A DNA stretch of 44,765 nt from a virus (Duplodnaviria; Caudoviricetes): IMG/VR virus record IMGVR_UViG_3300025015_000053, positions 1 to 44,765 of that record; one strand, given 5' to 3'. The notes beneath the pieces are model-generated. The model saw only the letters and a list, made by a program, of their open reading frames with translations. It was not told the origin of the DNA and made no database searches. The position numbers were made by a program, and so were the translations under genes. Below are positions 1 to 7,778 of this stretch, piece after piece. The stretch's first letter is position 1, and every line of letters begins with the position of its first letter.

Positions 1-1
1 T

Positions 2-169
2 TATGTCCCCCCCCGCTACTTTTATTACTTCTCTATCCCGGTCTATGGTCTCATCTGAGAAAACCATTTCTATAGTTCTTTTCTTTTCATCTATAGCCTT
101 CAATTCCTGATAAGTAGGCCAAGAAGCCATAACTTCCCTTCCATCTTTTACCCCTATCTTAATTGCCAA
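2..169 (-). CDS. Prohead protease, N-terminal part (runs off the window edge)
   Basis: Not in the ORF track. Manual translation from TTG at 169 gives MAIKIGVKDGREVMASWPTYQELKAIDEKKRTIEMVFSDETIDRDREVIKVAGGDI. RTIEMVFSDETIDRD resembles the start of HK97-type prohead proteases, and it lies downstream of the portal. Confidence 0.7.
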   Translation of the reverse strand, partial: MAIKIGVKDGREVMASWPTYQELKAIDEKKRTIEMVFSDETIDRDREVIKVAGGDI

Positions 170-171
170 AT

Positions 172-399
172 CTATTTCCCCTCTACAATATCCTTTTTAA
201 TCATCTTATCTATAAAACTTTCTGGCTTCTTCTTTTTCTTTCCCATTTTCTCTCCTCCCTCTCCTTCTTCTTCATTATATTCTTGTTCTATCAAATCCAT
301 TACTTTGTCTAATCTCCGATCCTGCTCTTTATATCCATCTGAACCAGGATCAGCCCTATACATTCCCCCATAAAGTATTTCTCTTAGCTCTTCTCTCAT
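172..399 (-). CDS. Small charged hypothetical protein
   Basis: 75-aa ORF packed tightly in the head operon. Confidence 0.6.
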   Translation of the reverse strand: MREELREILYGGMYRADPGSDGYKEQDRRLDKVMDLIEQEYNEEEGEGGEKMGKKKKKPESFIDKMIKKDIVEGK

Positions 400-402
400 A
401 AA

Positions 403-591
403 TTATTCCTCCTCCTCCTCTTCTTCTTCCTCTATTATTTCTTCCTCAGAAGGCTCTCCCCTGTCATACTCTGGATCATAAGAATCATCCTCCGTCAATT
501 TTGCAGGAAGAACCTTGCCCTCCTCATCCACAAAATTAATTGATTCAATCCAATCTCTAAAATCCTTTTCTTCTTTTTCTTGTTCTACCAT
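403..591 (-). CDS. Very acidic 62-aa protein (possible inhibitor or DNA mimic)
   Basis: ATG directly abuts the TAA of the portal fusion; E/D-rich with a poly-E tail. Confidence 0.6.
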   Translation of the reverse strand: MVEQEKEEKDFRDWIESINFVDEEGKVLPAKLTEDDSYDPEYDRGEPSEEEIIEEEEEEEEE

Positions 592-3500
592 TTACAAACC
601 GCCTCCCCCTATTATGTCCCATACCATTGGATCTATATATGCCTTCTTTGCCATAGACGGAGTGTTTTTTAGAAAAAAACTTACTTTTTCCAAAGTGGTT
701 TTTATTATATCCTTTTTTTCTTTGGTAGACAAAACTTTTCCCCCATATTGTTTCAACTCTTCCCTAGCAATACGAGAGCCATGAAAAGTTCTAAAATCCT
801 TAATAGAAAAACTCTTACCAGATATTTCCTTAATATATTTATTGAGTTCATTTGCTGGAATATCAGGAAAAAGCCTCTCTCCTATTTGCACTTGACTTTG
901 CCTAGCTTTTAACCAAGTAGCCAAAACATTATCTTCTAATTCATAATGAGCGGGTATACCTTTCTTTGCTACAAAATCTAAAATAATTTTATTACCTTTA
1001 ACAACCACATGTTCATTTTGTAAGGTTGTTAACCCATAGGCTTTTTTCTTTGCCTTCACATCAACCAAAGACCCCGCTCTTATGCCTGTTTTATCTTCAA
1101 GCTTCAGAAGAAAAGCTCTTGAATCATTATTAACTATCCCTTTCTCAATCCCATTTCTAATCTTATCTATCTTTCTTTCAAAAATTTTTAGCCTATTAAA
1201 CTTATTTTTAGCTGCCTCTCCTATATGCAGAGCTGAATATCTATATTGCCATCTACCCGCAATATCCATACCAACAACTTGCACCTTTGCTTTAGGATCA
1301 GTAGAGGCTACTACTTGCTTCCATCCAGGAGGAATTCTCATCTTTTTAAATCTTTCTGTAACCTCTTCAGAAACAAGCTCTCCCCTTAAACTCCATTCCC
1401 CTCCTTCATCTCTTGTATAATCCATACATTCAGAAGGAATTTTAAACTCAAAGCCAACAGTAAAAAATTTTTCTGGTAAAATACACTTTACAAACCGGCC
1501 AATAGAACTCATAGGAGGTTCATAAATAGGTTTTGCTTCAATCTCTCCTAGCTTTTCTCTAATTACTGGAAGTATAGAACACCGACAGCCTACGTGGGGA
1601 TCCGGGGGCTGATAATATCCCCCAGAAAAGCTGGCCTCCAAATCTACTACCTCACCATGCAATCTAGCACAAATTTCCTCTACTCTACTATCAAGCTGAG
1701 CCAACCACTGCTTTGCTCTAACAATATGCCTATTCCTTTGATACTGAGTTAATCTACTAAAGTTAGCTATTCTTATAGTCTCAGTTCTAGCTATCCGTCT
1801 AGCAGCATATCCCTTTTCTCTTATTGTTCCAGCAAAAACATTTTGAGCTCTCTTAGTTAATTCCTCTACGCTCTCTCCCAATCTATATCCTTCATTAAAT
1901 GTATTCTCTAGTTTTTCTAACTGAGTCCCTGTTACCCCAGAATATTGACCCGGCCTAAGATTTTCCCTACCTGTACCAGCAAACCAGCTTGCCTGATTCC
2001 TTCCATATTCTATCACAGTAGGGCTCTGCTCATCTACTAAATTAGTCAAATTCCATTTAGCCATCTCTTCACTAGAAGTATTCCTCATTATAAAACCAAA
2101 ATTACTTAAATATATATCCCTCATATTATTTATTGCATGACTCTCATCAAACAATAATGATTTAACAGGTATAAGTTGGCCTTCATTTAATTTATTTAAA
2201 TTATTTAAGGTCTCATTTAACTCTCTCCTAAACTCTACATTCAAAGACCTTACAAAGCGGTCTTCTTCCTTTAATCTCCTTACTGCCCATTCCCTCCAGT
2301 ATTGCTGTTGTTCCTCTCCTATATCAAATTCTGGTTGAATACTCCATATATACTCTTCTGAATACTTATCCTCTACCAAAGAAGTATTATCATCAGTCTT
2401 GATGTCTAATACTTCTCCTTCTATTAATTTAGCATTGCCATTATCTTTTATCTTTTTAGCTATTTTCTCTGCTAATATATTAAGAATTCCCTCTACCTGA
2501 ACCCCCCCTCCTCCAGAGGACATAAAGCCAGCTGGAACTAAATTAGCTGAAACCAGAGGCTCTTTACCTCCCCATGAGGCTGGAGGCAAGCTATAAAGTC
2601 TCTCTCTAACTTCATCTACCGAAAAAATTGGATTGTTCCCCCCAATTAACCTTACAGCTATTTCGCTTTTTTCTATCTCACTCATTTGTAATGATCTTAC
2701 TTCACTCAAGTCATGTCTAAATCTATAGTTTGATAACTCACTCTTCTTAAAAAAGAAAGGCAATAACCACTCGTCAAAGAACCCTTCTCGCTTCTTGAGT
2801 CTAGGAATTATAGTGTCTGACCAAAACAACCTCTCCTGTATTTCTGCATTGGCTAACTTACTAGCTGCTTCCATATCCATCATCTTTAATGGTGGTATAT
2901 TATATATTGCCTCAACTTCCTCTTTATTCCATTTTTTTAATTCCTTATACTCCATATCTTTTGGAGGAACACTTATTCTTTTCCAATCCAAACCCCCCTC
3001 CAAAACCATTGGCCGATGCATCATCTCTACTCCACTATACCGAGCCTCAGTTTGTTTTCTTAATCTTTCAAATTGCTTATCATCCAACCTCCCACCAGCA
3101 ACTAATATACCTGTCTCTCGTACTCCATGTTTAAAAAAATTACTTTCATAGACTTTAGTATAATATTCAAAAGTCAACCCCATTTTAAATACAGCTAACG
3201 GACTAGCTCCCCAAAACCAATTAGTAGGATTATAGTACTTTCTATGAATCATTTCATCCCTAGAATACAAAATTGGCTTCTGTCCATCACCCAAATGAAC
3301 TGTATAACCCAGTACCTCCCCTGTCTCCTTATCAGGATGTATCCTCACCAAATCTGGCCTTATAGGCCATATTTCTCTGGGCATTTTAGTTGATGGAGAT
3401 GGGTTTTCCAAGGCCAAAAAGCAATTACCAGTCAATTCCATATATATACTTTCAGCTTCAGTAAAGTCATAATAAGTCATTACCGGATTAATATTTTCAA

Positions 3501-3792
3501 ATAACCTAGGTAAGGAACCTGAATATATATTTTCCCATTCTCCCTTCCGATTCCGTCCTTGAATAAGAAGAGGAAGCTGAGCCTGTGCTTCACTTATTGC
3601 TCTTACTGCCCGAAAAACCCAAACATTAGCCAAAGCTCCTTCCCCATACACAGAAAGAAAATCCTTAAAAGCATAAGCTTTCGGGGCTTCTATTCCAGTC
3701 TCCTGCTGCCAAGGAGAAATAACTTGAGCCAAAACCCTATGGACTTTCTCTTCCCCCCGAGAACTTATTTTATCAATATCTTTTCTTTTCAT
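592..3792 (-). CDS. HK97-type portal + MuF/SPP1 gp7-like head morphogenesis domain + type IB DNA topoisomerase fusion
   Basis: Portal motifs (VFRAVRAISEAQAQLPL, MELTGNCF, EIWPIRPD, GASPL, VLEGGLDW) at about 3700-2540; MuF motifs (ARRIARTET, KQWLAQLDSRV, PHVGCRC) at about 2300-1570; TopIB motifs (IPPGW, GRWQYRY, TGIRAG, GLTTL, FVAKKG, KDFRT, NTPSMAKKAYIDP) at about 1340-592. Confidence 0.9.
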   Translation of the reverse strand: MKRKDIDKISSRGEEKVHRVLAQVISPWQQETGIEAPKAYAFKDFLSVYGEGALANVWVFRAVRAISEAQAQLPLLIQGRNRKGEWENIYSGSLPRLFENINPVMTYYDFTEAESIYMELTGNCFLALENPSPSTKMPREIWPIRPDLVRIHPDKETGEVLGYTVHLGDGQKPILYSRDEMIHRKYYNPTNWFWGASPLAVFKMGLTFEYYTKVYESNFFKHGVRETGILVAGGRLDDKQFERLRKQTEARYSGVEMMHRPMVLEGGLDWKRISVPPKDMEYKELKKWNKEEVEAIYNIPPLKMMDMEAASKLANAEIQERLFWSDTIIPRLKKREGFFDEWLLPFFFKKSELSNYRFRHDLSEVRSLQMSEIEKSEIAVRLIGGNNPIFSVDEVRERLYSLPPASWGGKEPLVSANLVPAGFMSSGGGGVQVEGILNILAEKIAKKIKDNGNAKLIEGEVLDIKTDDNTSLVEDKYSEEYIWSIQPEFDIGEEQQQYWREWAVRRLKEEDRFVRSLNVEFRRELNETLNNLNKLNEGQLIPVKSLLFDESHAINNMRDIYLSNFGFIMRNTSSEEMAKWNLTNLVDEQSPTVIEYGRNQASWFAGTGRENLRPGQYSGVTGTQLEKLENTFNEGYRLGESVEELTKRAQNVFAGTIREKGYAARRIARTETIRIANFSRLTQYQRNRHIVRAKQWLAQLDSRVEEICARLHGEVVDLEASFSGGYYQPPDPHVGCRCSILPVIREKLGEIEAKPIYEPPMSSIGRFVKCILPEKFFTVGFEFKIPSECMDYTRDEGGEWSLRGELVSEEVTERFKKMRIPPGWKQVVASTDPKAKVQVVGMDIAGRWQYRYSALHIGEAAKNKFNRLKIFERKIDKIRNGIEKGIVNNDSRAFLLKLEDKTGIRAGSLVDVKAKKKAYGLTTLQNEHVVVKGNKIILDFVAKKGIPAHYELEDNVLATWLKARQSQVQIGERLFPDIPANELNKYIKEISGKSFSIKDFRTFHGSRIAREELKQYGGKVLSTKEKKDIIKTTLEKVSFFLKNTPSMAKKAYIDPMVWDIIGGGGL

Positions 3793-3891
3793 TTTCTTAC
3801 TCTATCTGATTCCAAAAATACATGATCCCCTATTTTACAAACTCATTTCATCTTCACTGCCCACCAAGGAGGGATATTCAATCTCATTTCC

Positions 3892-4074
3892 TTAGGGGCA
3901 TAGTAGTGATCCGCCCTGTCCGCCAAGCCTATCAATCTTTCTCCCAATTCCCAACATCCCTCCTCCACCAATTATATAAGGCATCCCCTGGGTAATATCT
4001 TGACTGTAAATAATTAGGGCTATTCCATACAATATGCTTAGGCATCCCGTTACCTTAGTAATCCAACTTTTCAT
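3892..4074 (-). CDS. Small membrane protein, holin-like
   Basis: Start reassigned to ATG 4074 (GGAGGTG SD upstream); two hydrophobic segments in MKSWITKVTGCLSILYGIALIIYS...PYIIGGGGMLGIG. Confidence 0.5.
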   Translation of the reverse strand: MKSWITKVTGCLSILYGIALIIYSQDITQGMPYIIGGGGMLGIGRKIDRLGGQGGSLLCP

Positions 4075-4100
4075 AAAAATCACCTCCCTATAAAAAAATA

Positions 4101-4484
4101 TTACACCGTCACTGACCTCATATAATCCTGCAAAATAATATCCCATTCCCAGCCTATTGGCCTAAAAGGAGGACGATACAGTCTTATTTCTTCGATCTCT
4201 TCCTGCCAAGAAGCTAAAATCTTAGGGTCAGGATCAAGTGGCTCCATATCATATTGAGTCTTTTTGTCCCGGGCTATCCTACCAGATGAACATCGCTGGC
4301 TGCAAGCTGGAACATATCCGGGGAACATTTTTATCTTTATATCTACTATAGTTCTTTTTCTGATTACTTCTTTGCCACAGTCAGGACAGGGGAATGATAC
4401 AAACTCACAGGCAGAGCAATACTTTTTCTTATTGTTATTGCCCATCTCTACGCTACAATTCGCACAAAGGCTTCTTAGAGACAT
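4101..4484 (-). CDS. Cys-rich zinc-finger hypothetical protein
   Basis: CANC, CSAC, CPDC, CSQRC motifs. Confidence 0.6.
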   Translation of the reverse strand: MSLRSLCANCSVEMGNNNKKKYCSACEFVSFPCPDCGKEVIRKRTIVDIKIKMFPGYVPACSQRCSSGRIARDKKTQYDMEPLDPDPKILASWQEEIEEIRLYRPPFRPIGWEWDIILQDYMRSVTV

Positions 4485-4495
4485 AGCTCAACTCC

Positions 4496-5203
4496 CTATA
4501 GTAAAACTGGGCATGAATATTCTAGATAAATAAAATCTTCTATCCAGGCATAGGTCTCTATGGCCCAGGCATCGTCATTATGCCAATGCTTATAAGCCAA
4601 TAGACCATATTTGGGCTCAAAAGTATTAAGATCAGGCCCAATATCATAGGCATAATTCTCTTGTATTCCATATAAGGACGTAAGAACTAGATAAGCCCGT
4701 AATCCTATATTACCTCCAAAATCATAGGTTCCTATATCACTTATATAATAACCCCAAGAAAAGTTTTGCCTAAATATAGGCTGGCAAGATATTATGTTTT
4801 TTTCATCTACCCACCTCTCTAAGTTTGCTCCTATTAACTCTGCTATATTGTTTACCTCAAACAATCTCTTAACCACAGGGATAGAAGGCTCCCATAAAAA
4901 CCCCTTCTCATTATCTAATAAAGTGCTTCGGATAGCTATAATCTCTTCATTACCTAACAAATCATTATGATAAACATCAAATATATGTTGCCCTGTAGTT
5001 CCTATTCTTTGAATCTGTACCAGTCTATCTCCAATAATTATTTCTCCCCAATGGCTATTATGAAAATCCCAGGGATCATCAGGGCTATGGTAATCTACTT
5101 CTCTGTGCTTAGCCTTACCAGGAAAATTCAGGGCAAAGGCTGTAAACATCTGATTTAGATCAATTTTCAATTTCCTGTCCCTCCCACCAAATGCTTTATA
5201 CAC
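4496..5203 (-). CDS. Hypothetical protein
   Basis: 235-aa ORF in the operon; no motif recognised. Confidence 0.65.
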   Translation of the reverse strand: MYKAFGGRDRKLKIDLNQMFTAFALNFPGKAKHREVDYHSPDDPWDFHNSHWGEIIIGDRLVQIQRIGTTGQHIFDVYHNDLLGNEEIIAIRSTLLDNEKGFLWEPSIPVVKRLFEVNNIAELIGANLERWVDEKNIISCQPIFRQNFSWGYYISDIGTYDFGGNIGLRAYLVLTSLYGIQENYAYDIGPDLNTFEPKYGLLAYKHWHNDDAWAIETYAWIEDFIYLEYSCPVLL

Positions 5204-5457
5204 CGCTCATCAATCTTTCTTAGCCAATCCGTTATCTCTTGATGATATACTCCCTGCTGAATCCTTAGATCAACAATACCATCTTTCATTTCCACAAATC
5301 TTTTTTCAAATTGTTTAAATTCATCCTGGTAGACAACCCCATTAGCCAACTTATTCATTCTATCCCAGGTTATTTTTACTACCGCCCCTACACCACCGAG
5401 GGCTATAAAAGAAGTAATTAAAAAGATAATTGTTTTTGGGTCTGCAAATATATCCAC
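5167..5457 (-). CDS. Single-TM coiled-coil protein (holin/XhlA-like)
   Basis: N-terminal TM IIFLITSFIALGGVGAVV followed by an amphipathic helix. Confidence 0.5.
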   Translation of the reverse strand: MDIFADPKTIIFLITSFIALGGVGAVVKITWDRMNKLANGVVYQDEFKQFEKRFVEMKDGIVDLRIQQGVYHQEITDWLRKIDERCIKHLVGGTGN

Positions 5458-5474
5458 TCATCACTCCTTCTTTT

Positions 5475-5645
5475 TTATCTGGCATCTGTTTCTGTTTTTC
5501 CATCTTCCTTTATTACTACTATCTTTACAGGGTTTCCACAAAGCTGACACAATCTAATTTTAGTACTCTCCCAGTATACACCACACTTATCATTGGTGCA
5601 TTTTGCGTAAGAACCATCAGTTTTTTCTTGATTTTTACGGAACAT
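5475..5645 (-). CDS. 56-aa zinc-ribbon protein
   Basis: Manual ORF MFRKNQEK...CTNDKC...CQLCG...DAR fills the gap; GGAGG-type SD upstream. Confidence 0.55.
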   Translation of the reverse strand: MFRKNQEKTDGSYAKCTNDKCGVYWESTKIRLCQLCGNPVKIVVIKEDGKTETDAR

Positions 5646-5649
5646 TATT

Positions 5650-6159
5650 TCACTTTAACCCTCCTCCAGACCTGATATAAAATAAACCTGCCTTTATAAT
5701 TTTACCTAGCATATTCTTATCTAGAGGATGATCCACCACGTACTGGTCAATCATCTCTGGCGTTAAATCTCCAAACTTAGTTATTTGCGGAAATTCGGCT
5801 AGAATAAGCCCTTCAAAGGCTTTAGCGGCTTTCTCTTCATCTGTTAAAAGAGGAACAAAATCATAGGTTAGCTGATACTTGCCCTCTAAATCTTTAGTAA
5901 CAATTATTTTAGTGGCAGTAAAGGCCTTATTTATTTCTTCTGGCAAAGAAATACTTATATAGACTTCATCAGCTTTTAGCATCTCTAGTTCATTTATTCC
6001 CGGTGCACACTCAGTAGTATCTAAAAGATTAAGGGCATATTTTTCAATAACTTCTAGCTTAACTGTATTAATCTTACACCTAACACAATTAGGAGTACCA
6101 GCAAAAGCTATTACAGAAAAGCAGCCTAGCAATAACGTTGTTATAAATAGTTTTTTCAT
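5650..6159 (-). CDS. Secreted hypothetical protein
   Basis: Start reassigned to MKKLFITTLLLGCFSVIAFA (signal peptide; AGGAG SD). Confidence 0.65.
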   Translation of the reverse strand: MKKLFITTLLLGCFSVIAFAGTPNCVRCKINTVKLEVIEKYALNLLDTTECAPGINELEMLKADEVYISISLPEEINKAFTATKIIVTKDLEGKYQLTYDFVPLLTDEEKAAKAFEGLILAEFPQITKFGDLTPEMIDQYVVDHPLDKNMLGKIIKAGLFYIRSGGGLK

Positions 6160-6169
6160 ATCTTTTCTC

Positions 6170-7225
6170 CTAATCAATTTTATATCCAGCACAAAAACTA
6201 TTATTATTTCCTAGTGTATCAACGTTCCCTCCTGTGTTTTGCGTCCCCGCACATTGAGCATAATCATTCTCGTCAAGAAATAGTAGTACGCTACTGCATG
6301 GGGTTATACCAGATGTCCCTGCTGCATGGGGCCCTCCGGTTCCTGGATAAGTAATAGAACCGTTTTTAAGCACCCCATGCTGATACACTTTTCCATCTAC
6401 ACCTGGGTTAAAACCCACACAACCTATAATAAGATAATGCCCATCCTCCCCAGGAGTGTAGCGATCAGTTGACAAATTATATTTCCCCGCAGGATCAAAA
6501 TCTTCTCCATCCATACCAATAACCGTCCATGCCTCTGAAGTTGTTGTTGTTCCCACAGTAGTATTAGCGAAAAATTGTAATCTTCTTTCTCCCATCATTG
6601 GCCCCTCGGCAAAGGCTGCTGGGATAGGGCTTTTAGTAACTGACAACCCTTCAAAATCCGCTATATCAGTATCTGCAGAAGCTACTAGCTGAATTACTAT
6701 GTTGGTAGGAGTAGCATCCGTGGTACAAGTGCCAGTTACTAATGTCCATGACGTTGCTGTAGTATCGGTGTTTATATTAGATACGCAACCAGTCGTTATA
6801 ACACTAGTCGTGTCTCCTGCTGTAGCCTTTGTCCATACTGAGATAGAATATACAGTAGAAGCTTCAAGGGTAGCTAAGGTAATGCTTATCCCTTCATCCC
6901 CGGCCCCCGTTGCCGTTACTCTCGCCGCATAAGGCCCTACACTTCCATAACCCTTAATACCCGTTATCTGAGCCACAGTAGGTGTAAGCACCAACGCAGT
7001 CCCAAACGGAGCATTACCAGTCCCATCTGGCCATAACTCCATTCCACCAGTGCCAGAGGAAAGAAGGTTGGAAGGATTGGCGTTGGGGCCGAGGCCCTCA
7101 ATATAATCACCTGATCTCACTTGCCCAGGGACACCAGCGTTCAATACTAAGGGCTTCTTATCTGCCGCTATAAGAAAAGGAAACAGCATTACCAAAAAAG
7201 CTAGCAACCAATGTTTTCTTTTCAT
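6170..7225 (-). CDS. Signal-peptide protein with CBM-like jelly-roll and C1q-like C-terminal domain
   Basis: MKRKHWLLAFLVMLFPFLIAA leader; TVYSISVW...SWTLVTGT (CBM-like); FDPAGKYNLSTDRYTPGEDGHYLI...FCAGYKI (C1q-like). Confidence 0.6.
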   Translation of the reverse strand: MKRKHWLLAFLVMLFPFLIAADKKPLVLNAGVPGQVRSGDYIEGLGPNANPSNLLSSGTGGMELWPDGTGNAPFGTALVLTPTVAQITGIKGYGSVGPYAARVTATGAGDEGISITLATLEASTVYSISVWTKATAGDTTSVITTGCVSNINTDTTATSWTLVTGTCTTDATPTNIVIQLVASADTDIADFEGLSVTKSPIPAAFAEGPMMGERRLQFFANTTVGTTTTSEAWTVIGMDGEDFDPAGKYNLSTDRYTPGEDGHYLIIGCVGFNPGVDGKVYQHGVLKNGSITYPGTGGPHAAGTSGITPCSSVLLFLDENDYAQCAGTQNTGGNVDTLGNNNSFCAGYKID

Positions 7226-7241
7226 AATATTTATCTTCTCC

Positions 7242-7658
7242 CTATTTTAAGCCTAAATAAATATTAACAATATCGCTAGCTCCCGGGCTTGCTGCCCTTA
7301 CTCCTACCCTCAAATGATCTATTTCCTCAGTCACCATATATCCCGTGTACCAGGTAGCCTGCTCGGACGTCTTAGTAAATACATCCAACTGTGTCCAGGT
7401 ACTCATAAAAGCAGCCTTACCCTCTATACTAAAAGCTACAGAGCCACTATTCAATATTCTAGGCTGATAATATATTTCTTTACTTCTATATCTTGATACA
7501 TCTATCAAACCATTAGTAGCTGCCAAACCACCAGAACCCACCGAGTTATATACAAAACTACTCGCTAGTCTAACTGGATTAAATTCCCGAAATAGAAATT
7601 GAGTAGCTGCCTTATAATAGGCATTCTGGTAAACATCAAAAATAGTAGATCTAGGCAT
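7242..7658 (-). CDS. Hypothetical beta-rich (virion-like) protein
   Basis: 138-aa ORF with no signal peptide. Confidence 0.6.
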   Translation of the reverse strand: MPRSTIFDVYQNAYYKAATQFLFREFNPVRLASSFVYNSVGSGGLAATNGLIDVSRYRSKEIYYQPRILNSGSVAFSIEGKAAFMSTWTQLDVFTKTSEQATWYTGYMVTEEIDHLRVGVRAASPGASDIVNIYLGLK

Positions 7659-7778
7659 ATTTAAATTATTTTCCTTTCCTCAATTCTATTATATTAATTT
7701 GTACAACACTTCTTAGTCCACATCAAGTTTAATAACAACACTATAGGTCAAACCCCCATCTGAACCACAATAACTGAA

